Assembly (NCBI GenBank): GCA_963667925.1
Contig: OY764080.1
Span: 2,379,226-2,443,225 of the forward strand
Direction of reading: 5' to 3'
DNA: 64,000 nucleotides
From: Chloroflexota bacterium
GTDB lineage: Bacteria > Chloroflexota > UBA11872
The notes under the pieces are model-generated. The model saw only the letters and a program-made list of their open reading frames with translations. It was not told where the DNA came from and searched no databases. A program made the translations under genes and the position numbers. This document shows, one piece after another, positions 29,314 to 38,252 of this stretch. Within the stretch, counting starts at the first letter, position 1. Each line of letters opens with the position of its first letter.

Positions 29314-30467
29314 GAAGCCGGCTGCTGCCGGTTGGCGAGTTCGACCTGGGGTGCCGCGTCAGGCGGCGGGAGCGATTCACTGTGCCGCATCAGATCTGCC
29401 GTATAGGCGTGAATGAGCGGTACGTTGGGCTGGAGCACAAACGCACCGTTATCGGCAATGACGGCGCGCACCAGGTCGCCCTCCGGCCGAATCGCGCCCG
29501 ACACCGTCCGAGCAGACCCAATCTGCATCCCGAGCTTGGCCATCGACGGGACCAGGTCAGGCGGCAGGTTGGATTCGAACGCGTTGCTGAGCTCGCGCAG
29601 AAAAGCCGGCGATTCGACGAGCGTCTGCGGAGATATCACCTGCTCAACCAATGCCAGCAGCATCTGCTGCTGACGCACTTCACGAGCAAACGCACCATCC
29701 TGATGCCGTGTGCGCACGTAGCGCAGGGCCATGTCGCCGTTGAAGTGGTTAGGCCCGGCCTCCACGTGAAACGGCTCAAAGCCGGTGTCGGTGGCGTTCG
29801 GGTAGTTGGGGTCGTAAATGGTCGACTCAACATCAACGGACACTCCGCCGAAGAAGTCAACCAGGCGCTTAAACCCATTGAAGTCCAATGTGACCCAGTA
29901 ATCCACCTGCACGCCGAGGAGGTTAGAGACGCGACGAGTGAGGGCGTCCGGACCCTCTTCCTGCAAGACGGAGTTGATTCGAAATGGGTCCGTTCGACAG
30001 TTCGCCACACAAATGTCACGCGGGATCGACACGAGGGTCGCGGCTCTGGCGCCCGGTTCAATGTGGGCGAGAATTATCGCGTCGGTTCGACCGCCGCCCT
30101 CGCCCGGACGCCGGTCGAGGCCGAGAAACAGCACGCTGAACGGCTGGTCTTCGGGCCAATCGGCGATGAAATCCAGTGGGTTCGGCGGCTCCGGTGTCGC
30201 CGTGGCTTCAACCACGGGCGACGGAGTCGGTGGATGCGTCGTTCGGCCCGTCACTATTGGCGTGGCTGACTGAACTGGAGGAACCACGGCGGTTGGCGTC
30301 GTCGGTGCGGCCGAGATGGACGTGTCGGAAGATCGAATCCATACCAGGGCGCCCAGCACGGCCACGACAACAAACACAACGCCGGCAGAAGCGACGCTGA
30401 TTACCTCTGCGCGGCGGAGTCGGTGCGCGCGCCCCGACGCTCGCCGGCGGCTAGGGTCCGATGACAT
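29310..30467 (-). CDS. LCP (LytR-CpsA-Psr) family cell-envelope glycopolymer transferase
   Basis: N-terminal TM anchor, Thr/Pro-rich linker and LCP domain (SVLFLGLDRRPGEGGGRTDAIILAHIEP...VSIPRD). Confidence 0.85.
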   Translation of the reverse strand: MSSDPSRRRASGRAHRLRRAEVISVASAGVVFVVVAVLGALVWIRSSDTSISAAPTTPTAVVPPVQSATPIVTGRTTHPPTPSPVVEATATPEPPNPLDFIADWPEDQPFSVLFLGLDRRPGEGGGRTDAIILAHIEPGARAATLVSIPRDICVANCRTDPFRINSVLQEEGPDALTRRVSNLLGVQVDYWVTLDFNGFKRLVDFFGGVSVDVESTIYDPNYPNATDTGFEPFHVEAGPNHFNGDMALRYVRTRHQDGAFAREVRQQQMLLALVEQVISPQTLVESPAFLRELSNAFESNLPPDLVPSMAKLGMQIGSARTVSGAIRPEGDLVRAVIADNGAFVLQPNVPLIHAYTADLMRHSESLPPPDAAPQVELANRQQPAS

Positions 30468-30677
30468 TGCGAAGTTGCGACGTTATGTCGAGCAGAAACC
30501 CCACTATACGACAGCCATTCATTCGGTAGACCAGTCGGTCCGCTGGTTTTCGGTCGTTGGTTCGGACTACAGAGCGGAGTGCCGGCGGCGAACGTTACGC
30601 CCCGGACGTTCGCCCCATGCTCACTCAGGCGTTCCGAGTACGCTGAGCCTGACGGCGGCGAATCCCACGACTCCTGA

Positions 30678-31721
30678 ATGCAGTTTGCCATTGTCGGATA
30701 CGGCAAGTCGGGTCGCGCGTTCGGAAGGCTGATCCAGTCGTTGCCGGGCGCATCGGTCAGTTGCGTGGTCGACTCTGATCGACGTCGCGCCGAAGTGGGC
30801 GCCAGCGACTTGAACGCCGGGACGTGGAGCAACAACGCCCAGGTTGCCTTGCGTTCCGCGAGTGTGGACGCTGTCGTCATATCGACACCGCATGACTGCC
30901 ATGCGCAACTAGCCCGCGACGCGCTGGACCGCGGGCTGCATGTCCTCCTTGAACCGCCTCTGGCCCTACGTCATCCGGACGCGCAGCACGTCTTGGGCTA
31001 TGCACGAGCAGCCCGCACGGCCTTGGCCATTAACTTCTGGATGCGCGCGATTCCCGGCGTGCGTCGTATTCGAGGCCGCATTCCGCGTCCCACATTCGTT
31101 CAAGTCGAATGCGTCGTTCATCCGCTGTCCGAGTCCTGGATGGGGAAAGCTGAGCACGGCGGCGTCATGGGCTTGCTCGGGAGCCACGCATTGGACCTGA
31201 CCAGCCATCTCATGCAGTCGAAGCCACTCCACGCCCAGGCCATGGGGGGGCGTCACACGCGACGGGCGGCTCTTGCCGACACCGTGGCCATTGGCGTCCG
31301 ATTCGCGAACGGAGGACTTGCTCGTGTGCTTGTGGGCGAATTTGGCCGCGCCCGAGCCAGCACCCCGTGGCGCGCACTTGCAACCGACGGCGTAATCACG
31401 GCGACCGCCCGGGGCAGCTTGCCGCTTGGCGAATCTGGATCGAGTCACGATCGAGAAGCCGAATCTGCCTATTCAAATGAGGCGTGGGCGGCGCAGTGCG
31501 AGAGCCTTACGGCGTTCGCAAACGCCGCAGCCGGACGAGGCGAGCCCCTGGCCGGGGTCGACGACGGCGTACGAGCTGTCCACCTCGCCGATGCGGCCTA
31601 TGAAGCCATGGGTTCACGCCGGCGCGTATCAATCACCGCGACATCGCTACCTGATGCCGTCGGACCCGTCTACGGAGATGATTCCGTCGCGCACCGCCGT
31701 GACCACGGCTTCCGTGCGTGA
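30678..31721 (+). CDS. Gfo/Idh/MocA family oxidoreductase
   Basis: Rossmann N-terminus FAIVGYGKSG. 3' end overlaps the convergent response-regulator gene by 75 nt. Confidence 0.75.
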   Translation: MQFAIVGYGKSGRAFGRLIQSLPGASVSCVVDSDRRRAEVGASDLNAGTWSNNAQVALRSASVDAVVISTPHDCHAQLARDALDRGLHVLLEPPLALRHPDAQHVLGYARAARTALAINFWMRAIPGVRRIRGRIPRPTFVQVECVVHPLSESWMGKAEHGGVMGLLGSHALDLTSHLMQSKPLHAQAMGGRHTRRAALADTVAIGVRFANGGLARVLVGEFGRARASTPWRALATDGVITATARGSLPLGESGSSHDREAESAYSNEAWAAQCESLTAFANAAAGRGEPLAGVDDGVRAVHLADAAYEAMGSRRRVSITATSLPDAVGPVYGDDSVAHRRDHGFRA

Positions 31722-32303
31722 GCGAACCCGCAACTTGCCGTAGACACTGCTGAGGTGCGCCTCCACGGTCTTGGCCGAAACACCCAGGGATTCTGCGGCC
31801 TCGCGATTGGACGCGCCCTCGGCGACGAGTCGCAGTACGTCCAGTTCGCGCATCGTGAGCGGCTCGGCGACTGAGCGCCCCCCTCCTGAATCGGGCGCAG
31901 CCTCCGGCACTTCATGAAAGAAGGTCTGCCCGGCATGAACGCGCCGAACCGCGTCCGCCAGGCCCGCGGTGTCCAGATCCTTCAGCACATATCCCGCGAC
32001 TCCCGCGTCGCGCATGGATTGCACATAGTCGGACTGGCCGTAAGCCGAAACCACCAGGACTCGGGTCGCCGGCGCGATGTGTGCCAGGCGCCGAGCCAAC
32101 GCGGGCCCGCCGCCGGGAATACGAAAGTCAAGAAGGCAGACATCGGGTGAAGAACTCCGGCAGGCACGCTCCGCGGCGGCCGCGTCGCCGGCCGTTCCCA
32201 CAACTTCAACATCCGGGACATTGGCCAGCACCGCCGCGGTTCCTTCGCGAACCATGGCGTGGTCGTCCACAAGCAGCACGCGGATCGGGCGACTGCCGCT
32301 CAC
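31647..32303 (-). CDS. Two-component response regulator, NarL/LuxR family
   Basis: REC domain (IRVLLVDDHAMVREG) plus LuxR HTH (REAAESLGVSAKTVEAH). 4-nt overlap with the kinase gene. Confidence 0.9.
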   Translation of the reverse strand: MSGSRPIRVLLVDDHAMVREGTAAVLANVPDVEVVGTAGDAAAAERACRSSSPDVCLLDFRIPGGGPALARRLAHIAPATRVLVVSAYGQSDYVQSMRDAGVAGYVLKDLDTAGLADAVRRVHAGQTFFHEVPEAAPDSGGGRSVAEPLTMRELDVLRLVAEGASNREAAESLGVSAKTVEAHLSSVYGKLRVRSRTEAVVTAVRDGIISVDGSDGIR

Positions 32304-34837
32304 GAACGAGTGACTTCCGCTGGATGTAATGGAGCCTCAACCGTCAGGACGGTCGGCCCTCCGGGCTGAGAATCCACGTGCATGCGACCACCCAGGCGGC
32401 TGAACCGCTCCTGGAGGCCGGCAAGGCCCAGGTGCCCCACGGCCGCGTAGGCGGTCAGATCCGACGAAGCCGGGAAGCCACATCCGTCGTCCTGAATCGA
32501 TAACCGAATCGCGTCAGCCGCGCACGTAAGTCGAATTCGCACGCGGGACGCCTGCGAATGCCGCAGGGCATTGTTCAACGCCTCCTGGGCCGCGCGGTAA
32601 ATGTTCGTCTCTACGTCCGTGTCCGGTCGCTGAACGTCGGGCGTGCCGTCAATCTGGAGGTCAATTGTGAAGGGTGCGGCTCGCCCCGCCTCCTCCACAA
32701 GCCAGCGCAACGCCGCTTCCAATCCCAGGTCGTCCAATACCGGCGGGCGAAGTCGTTCGCAGATCTCCCGCAAATCCCCGGCGGCCGTATCCACCAGGTG
32801 CAGAAGCGCGTCACGGCTGCGGTAGGGCCCTGGCGCCGCCGAGCGCAAGGCGCGTTGCAGCAGCACCAGCTTCTGCAGCGGCTCGTCATGCAGATCGCGC
32901 GAAATACGTTGCCGCTCCGCCTCCAACATGCCGTTGACCTGGTCATACAGGTCACTCAGCGTCTGTTGGCTGTCTTGGAGACGCTGCGCCGTCTCGTCGA
33001 GTTCCCGGAGACGATCCTGCAACTGCCCCCACAGATCCACCCGCACCATGAAGCTGGCAAGTTGATTGGCCAACGCATCCAGCAAGTTGGCATCCGCCTG
33101 GCTGAACCCAAACGACTCTTCGCGAATCGAAGCCACCACATAGGCCACCACCGACTCATCGATCTTGCACGGAACGACGACCGCTGCAATTTCCGAAAGT
33201 CCGCCGCCGCCGGCAGCCACCACCGCCGAACGGACCTGGGCGTCATCCGGTGTGGGGGCCAGGTTGTTGAAATCGATGGCCACGAGCTTGTGCGGCGGAG
33301 TTGCACGCGTTACAGCGATCCAGTCAAGGCCACTCACGCGTCGGACCGGGCCCAGGACCGACCCGGCAAGCTGATCGATGGAGGCCGTCGACGCCAACGC
33401 GGCGCTGGCCGTTCGCATCACCCGTTGCGTGTCGTAGCTGTCCTGGTACACCCAACCGGACAACGCTCGAAGAACCAGCCAGCGCGCAAAGGGCATCGTC
33501 ACACCGATGCCAACCAGGGCCGCCGCCAGCATCCACACCACCGGCAACGCCCCGGCGCGGTCGGTCAGGTAGCGACCGATCACACCGACCAGCAGCGCGT
33601 AAAACGTAAACAGCAAGATCCAGGCCGCGCCGTGAAGGAACAGGGTTCGCAGTACCCGCTGGAACCGGATCCGCCACGTCGGAACCGCCACGTGGGCAAC
33701 CCCCAGCGCGGTGGCTCCGATAGCCAGCAGGGACACCGAATAAGGAAGGATCTCGGTACCGCTGACAACCGCCGGCACAAGCGAGAGCGCGGTTGGCGGC
33801 AGCGCTGCCGTCAGAAACGTGGCCAGTAGGACCCGAGCCACCCGCCGGTCACGGGGAAACGTGATATCCACAAGCGTGACCAGGCACTTGGCAAGGAGCG
33901 CGGTAAGCCCGAGGGCCGGAAGAAGCGCGACCGTCACCCAGGCCGCGTTATACAACTCCGGCCGGCCCTGGTAGGACGCCACGAGCACCGCCACTGGTCC
34001 TGCCAGAGCGGTAACCGCCAGGGCCGGGACGAACGGCACCATGAAGGCTGGTCCACGAATAGGACAGACGGCCGCGAACCACAGCAAGGCAACGCCCGTC
34101 GCGCCAGTCGCTGCAAAGACCAGCAGCGTCAGCGCGCCTTCGGCGTCCGGTGCCACGGAACCCAGCGAAAGAGCGATGGCCACGCCAAACAGGGCGGCCG
34201 TGGCCGCTCGCAGCAGTCGGCGCCGCCCGTAGAGAGCCACAACCGCACCGCCGGCCGCGAAGACCGTCGCCAGCACTAGCGTGGTGGCGCGCATGGCCGG
34301 ATCGAGACCCGGGAACGGGATCGCTAGACCGGTCTGTGGATCGGCGAGCGACCCTGGGTCAATCGCCGCGTTTAGCTCGACGGGCCGTCCAGTCGCTTCT
34401 CCCGCGGGCCCATTCCACGCAACCGCCTCGCCGGCGCTCAGCCCGGCGCGCCAGGCGGGCCCGCCCGGCGACACGCGCTCGATCAGCCACTGCCCCTGCT
34501 CGGCCGCTACGACCGTCGCCCCGTGCTCGAACGGCTGCATCGCAACCGTTGTGGCCAGGACCAGTGCCGAGACCCACAGCGTCAGACCGAACGCAACGGG
34601 AACAACCCGGCGCGGCCAAATTCGGGCCAGGCCGCCGCGCCGACGATTCTCCGCGGCGAGCCACTCACCGAGGCTCTGACGACGTGTGCGATTAGCGGGT
34701 CGAGCCAGCAGATTGCCCCCCCAGCAGCGGGCACTCCCAGCATACGCTCGCAACCCCGTCCCGACGCAGGCAACTTGCGGCCGCTGGTCTTCACCCTTTC
34801 CCAGGAAAGAGGCAGATGCCCCCGTCTTCGGCGACAA
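32300..34837 (-). CDS. Multi-TM sensor histidine kinase (HisKA_3 + HATPase_c; NarX/LiaS-like)
   Basis: Many N-terminal TM helices, a GAF-like middle region, H-box DLHDEPLQKL and an ATPase domain. The ORF-track start includes one of the upstream repeat copies, so the true start is probably <=34750. Confidence 0.8.
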   Translation of the reverse strand: MSPKTGASASFLGKGEDQRPQVACVGTGLRAYAGSARCWGGNLLARPANRTRRQSLGEWLAAENRRRGGLARIWPRRVVPVAFGLTLWVSALVLATTVAMQPFEHGATVVAAEQGQWLIERVSPGGPAWRAGLSAGEAVAWNGPAGEATGRPVELNAAIDPGSLADPQTGLAIPFPGLDPAMRATTLVLATVFAAGGAVVALYGRRRLLRAATAALFGVAIALSLGSVAPDAEGALTLLVFAATGATGVALLWFAAVCPIRGPAFMVPFVPALAVTALAGPVAVLVASYQGRPELYNAAWVTVALLPALGLTALLAKCLVTLVDITFPRDRRVARVLLATFLTAALPPTALSLVPAVVSGTEILPYSVSLLAIGATALGVAHVAVPTWRIRFQRVLRTLFLHGAAWILLFTFYALLVGVIGRYLTDRAGALPVVWMLAAALVGIGVTMPFARWLVLRALSGWVYQDSYDTQRVMRTASAALASTASIDQLAGSVLGPVRRVSGLDWIAVTRATPPHKLVAIDFNNLAPTPDDAQVRSAVVAAGGGGLSEIAAVVVPCKIDESVVAYVVASIREESFGFSQADANLLDALANQLASFMVRVDLWGQLQDRLRELDETAQRLQDSQQTLSDLYDQVNGMLEAERQRISRDLHDEPLQKLVLLQRALRSAAPGPYRSRDALLHLVDTAAGDLREICERLRPPVLDDLGLEAALRWLVEEAGRAAPFTIDLQIDGTPDVQRPDTDVETNIYRAAQEALNNALRHSQASRVRIRLTCAADAIRLSIQDDGCGFPASSDLTAYAAVGHLGLAGLQERFSRLGGRMHVDSQPGGPTVLTVEAPLHPAEVTRS

Positions 34838-35044
34838 TCGGTGAGCAACTGTGTTGAGGCGCCCGGCTCTTCACCCTCTCCAAGGGGAGAGGCAGGACCT
34901 TTCCTGAGCCAGCCGAAGGATTCGGCCGTCTTCGGCCGAAACCGGAGAGGGGTCTTCCGCTCATGCGCCCCACCCCAGCACCACGCAAGGACGCAACCCA
35001 CGACAGGCCGCGCCCCTCTTCACGCTCTCCGAGGGGAGAGGCAG
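34786..35044. repeat. Three copies of a ~30-bp palindromic repeat (CTCTTCACCCTCTCCAAGGGGAGAGGCAG) in the intergenic region upstream of the two-component operon
   Basis: Copies at 34786-34815, 34866-34896 and 35014-35044. Each holds the inverted repeat CCTCTCC-N4-GGAGAGG, and two are followed by a second small palindrome (GGCCGTCTTCGGCC). Confidence 0.8.
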
Positions 35045-35059
35045 GTTCGGCCGTCCTCG

Positions 35060-35896
35060 CTAGACGGCCACCGCCTCCACCGCGGCCGGAGCCGCGTCGC
35101 CGCCGGCAAAACCGCAGAATTCCTCGTAGTCGATCAGTTCCGTGATCGTCGGAGCGTCGCCGCAAACGGGGCACTCCGGGTCACGCCGCAGCTTCAACTC
35201 ACGGAATTCCATCTCCATGGCGTCAAGCAGCAGCAAGCGTCCCGACAGCGAGTTGCCAATGCCCGCAATGAGCTTCAGCACCTCGGTAGCCTGGATCAGC
35301 CCGATCAGGCCTGGCAAAACCCCAAGCACGCCGGCCTCCGCGCAACTCGGCGCCATCTCCGGTGGGGGCGGCGTCGGGTAAAGGCAGCGGTAGCAGCCGG
35401 CGCCGGGCTCAAACACCGTCGCCATGCCCTCAAAGCGCATGACACTCCCATCCACCAGTGGCTTTCCGAGGAAGTAGGCGGCGTCGTTCGCGAGATACCG
35501 GGTGGGAAAGTTGTCGCAGCCGTTGACCACAATGTCGTACGGCTCCAGGATTTCAAACGCGTTGTCGGAGGTCAGCGGCTCGTCGTGGCGCACCACGGTC
35601 ACGTCCGGATTCAGGCCGGTTAACGTCGCTTCCGCCGAGGCGGTCTTCGGCATCCCAACCCGATCGTCGCGGTGCAGAATCTGTCGTTGCAGGTTTGAAC
35701 GGTCGACGGTATCGAAGTCCACCACGCCCAGCGTGCCCACCCCTGCGGCGGCCAGGTAATAGAGCACGGGCGAGCCAAGCCCGCCGGCGCCAATGGCCAG
35801 CACTTTGGCATTGAGAATCTTGGCCTGGCCGGCCGCCCCAACCTCGGGCAGCAACATGTGGCGGCTGTAACGTTGAACTTGCTCAACGGTGAACAC
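35060..35896 (-). CDS. ThiF/MoeB-family E1-like adenylyltransferase (MoeZ/MoeB-type, with two CxxC zinc motifs)
   Basis: LAIGAGGLGSPVLYYLAAAGVG..DFDTVDRSNLQRQ; CYRC and CPVC motifs. Confidence 0.85.
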   Translation of the reverse strand: MFTVEQVQRYSRHMLLPEVGAAGQAKILNAKVLAIGAGGLGSPVLYYLAAAGVGTLGVVDFDTVDRSNLQRQILHRDDRVGMPKTASAEATLTGLNPDVTVVRHDEPLTSDNAFEILEPYDIVVNGCDNFPTRYLANDAAYFLGKPLVDGSVMRFEGMATVFEPGAGCYRCLYPTPPPPEMAPSCAEAGVLGVLPGLIGLIQATEVLKLIAGIGNSLSGRLLLLDAMEMEFRELKLRRDPECPVCGDAPTITELIDYEEFCGFAGGDAAPAAVEAVAV

Positions 35897-35926
35897 GGTC
35901 GAATACCTTCCAGCTAATGCCGGCGC

Positions 35927-36304
35927 TTAGTGCCCGGCGGGCGGTTCCTCGGTTTCGTAGCCGGCCTCGGCCCACTCGGTCATGCCGCCGGCCATGTTGT
36001 ACGCCTCGGTCACATTCAACGCCCGGGCCATCTGCGTCGCAACCGCGCTGGTCTGCCCGACGTTGCAAATGAACAGCAGGGGCTTCCCGGACGGGATGAC
36101 TTCGACCGGACGCGCCAGGATGTCGTCCAACGGCACATAATCGGCGCCTGGCATGGCCGGCGCGTGAAACTGCGTGCGGACGTCCACCACGTCCACCTCA
36201 CCGTTCTCGATCATCTCCTTCGCCTTGTGAATATCGACGTCGAAGTCAGGCGATCCAGGCAGACCCATTGTTTTGCACCATTCGGAAGTTCCGTCTACGC
36301 TCAA
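35927..36304 (-). CDS. Single-domain rhodanese sulfurtransferase
   Basis: Catalytic-Cys loop FICNVGQTS. Sits immediately upstream of the ThiF gene in the same orientation (split MoeZ arrangement). Confidence 0.8.
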   Translation of the reverse strand: MSVDGTSEWCKTMGLPGSPDFDVDIHKAKEMIENGEVDVVDVRTQFHAPAMPGADYVPLDDILARPVEVIPSGKPLLFICNVGQTSAVATQMARALNVTEAYNMAGGMTEWAEAGYETEEPPAGH

Positions 36305-36423
36305 GCATCGCGCCGTGAGGCCAACAGGTCAACGCAGAATTGTGGCGTCTCCGCGAGGTTTCCTACTGACGGCGCCCACCTTGACAAGGCTATGATCAGG
36401 CACGCACCTGTCACGACACCCTT

Positions 36424-38025
36424 GTGAACACCACCGAACTCGCATCCCGCCTCGCGGCGCCTGAAGTCCCTGACGACGTGGCCGCCAGGCTGCGCCGGCG
36501 GCTCGACGGATTGGACGGCAGCCTGGAAGGCCAGGAACGTCTGGTGCGTGCACTGGATTTACCGTGGGCGGCCAGCAGCGCCGCTCGGCCGCAAATCAGC
36601 GAACTTCACGCGCACCTGGTCGACGACCTCTTTCTCACGGACGAGGTGGCCGACCTGCTCTGCGACCACCTGGTGGTGCGTGAGCACCAGCTCACGTCAG
36701 CGCCCGATGCCACCGGACCGCGAGCGCTGCTTTCTCTTGTCGGCCCGCCGGGTGTCGGCAAATCGCATATTGCCCGTGAGGTCGCGGCGCAACTGGACCT
36801 GCCGCTGGCAACGATTCGCCTGGACCGCTTGGCTTCCCCCGACGAATTATTTGGGAATGAGCAGGCCCCCGGCGAAATCATGCGAGCAATTGAGCGGCTT
36901 GGGCAGAGTGAAGTCGTCCTCCTACTCGAGGAGATTGACGCGATTGGCGGCGGCTGGCCGACGACGTCGAACCAGAATCAGAGAATCAGCGACCGCTGGG
37001 CGGCGGCCCGCGCCACGCTCTTGGCCGCGCTCACGGACGCTGCGGCCCGCCGGCAGTTCCAGGACCGATTCTTCGACGTCCCGTTTGACTTGTCCCGAGC
37101 TCTCGTAATTACGACGGCACGTTGGTTGCCCGACCTTCCACCGTTGGAGCGCGGTCGGCTGGACATCGTGGAACTCGCCGGCTACGTGGACGATGACAAG
37201 GTGGCTATTGCGCGTGACTCATTGGCGCCAGCCATGCTGCGCGAATACAACGTGCCCTCGGACGACCTCGAAATCGAGGACGACGCGCTGTCCGCGCTGG
37301 TGCGCAGCTACACGGTCGAGCCGGGTATCGACGCACTCGACGGTCTGATTCGTCAGGTAGTCCGCCGTGCTCTGACGCGGCGCGCGCTCCAGGGTGAGTC
37401 TGGTCCCGTGTCCATAGCCATCGAAGACCTGGGAGCCACGGTCGGTCGGCCTACGCAGCTTGGCTTGCATCGCCGGCGGCGCGAGACTCCGGGAATGACC
37501 ACCGGAGCGGTGGTGCGGCGCAGCGGCGGGGTGCTTGGACAGATCGAGGCCGTGCAGATGCCCGGCGCCGGACGGATTCGGATTCTGGATACCTCCGGCG
37601 CGGACCTGTCCAGCCGCTACGCGATCGTGCCTTCGTACGTCCGGTCGCGGCTCTCGGACTTGGCCGTCTCGGCCCGGTCGCTCGAAGAGTTCGATACCGA
37701 CTTGCTCGTTCCTGCCAGTGACCTGCCGGGCGACGAAGGCTCCCTCGCCATCGCGGCGGCCATCGCCATGGTTTCCCTGATGCGCGACCGGGCGGCGGAT
37801 CCCGAGTTTCTGGCGATCGGTGGAATGACGGCGCATGGACACGTCCGTCGCGCGCAAGGCGTGCAGGCCAAGATTCTGGCGGCGCACCGCGGCGGCATTC
37901 GCCGGATCGTACTTCCGCGTCAGAACGAGCACGACCTGGACAGCATCCCCGCGCAGCTGCACGACGCCATCACCTTCATCCCCATCGACGAGGCCGGCCA
38001 GGGCATCAACGTCGCCCTCCGCTAG
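36424..38025 (+). CDS. Lon-like ATP-dependent protease paralog lacking the LON N-terminal domain (AAA+ module + S16 proteolytic domain)
   Basis: Lon pre-AAA helical region (DLPWAAS); Walker A GPPGVGKSH; Walker B-like LLLEEID (Asp to Glu at the first acidic position); proteolytic-domain Ser (GDEGSLAIAAAIA) and Lys (VQAKILAAHRGGIRRIVLP) both present. Confidence 0.75.
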   Translation: MNTTELASRLAAPEVPDDVAARLRRRLDGLDGSLEGQERLVRALDLPWAASSAARPQISELHAHLVDDLFLTDEVADLLCDHLVVREHQLTSAPDATGPRALLSLVGPPGVGKSHIAREVAAQLDLPLATIRLDRLASPDELFGNEQAPGEIMRAIERLGQSEVVLLLEEIDAIGGGWPTTSNQNQRISDRWAAARATLLAALTDAAARRQFQDRFFDVPFDLSRALVITTARWLPDLPPLERGRLDIVELAGYVDDDKVAIARDSLAPAMLREYNVPSDDLEIEDDALSALVRSYTVEPGIDALDGLIRQVVRRALTRRALQGESGPVSIAIEDLGATVGRPTQLGLHRRRRETPGMTTGAVVRRSGGVLGQIEAVQMPGAGRIRILDTSGADLSSRYAIVPSYVRSRLSDLAVSARSLEEFDTDLLVPASDLPGDEGSLAIAAAIAMVSLMRDRAADPEFLAIGGMTAHGHVRRAQGVQAKILAAHRGGIRRIVLPRQNEHDLDSIPAQLHDAITFIPIDEAGQGINVALR

Positions 38026-38252
38026 CCGTCCTGCCCACCCGCGGCGAGCGTGGGTGCCAACAGGTTCGAGCCGGCCAGGCGCCCCTGGCCGCATCCAAAT
38101 GGCCACCCGTCCAAATCGGAACTCCCTGGCTGCCCGCCCACGCCCCAACCAGGCGCCTGACGAGGAGACGAACGGGACGCAACTGGCTGGCGGTGGGATC
38201 GGGCTCGGTGCGCTCAGGGAAATGACACGGTAGCGGGACCCAGCGTCGTCTG

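Noticed and set aside
36424-38025. Lon-like gene as a BREX BrxL (defence) component
   Set aside because: No pglX methyltransferase, brxC ATPase, pglZ or other BREX genes are present in the flanks. The protein aligns with Lon proper (pre-AAA helical region, S16 domain) rather than BrxL-specific features.
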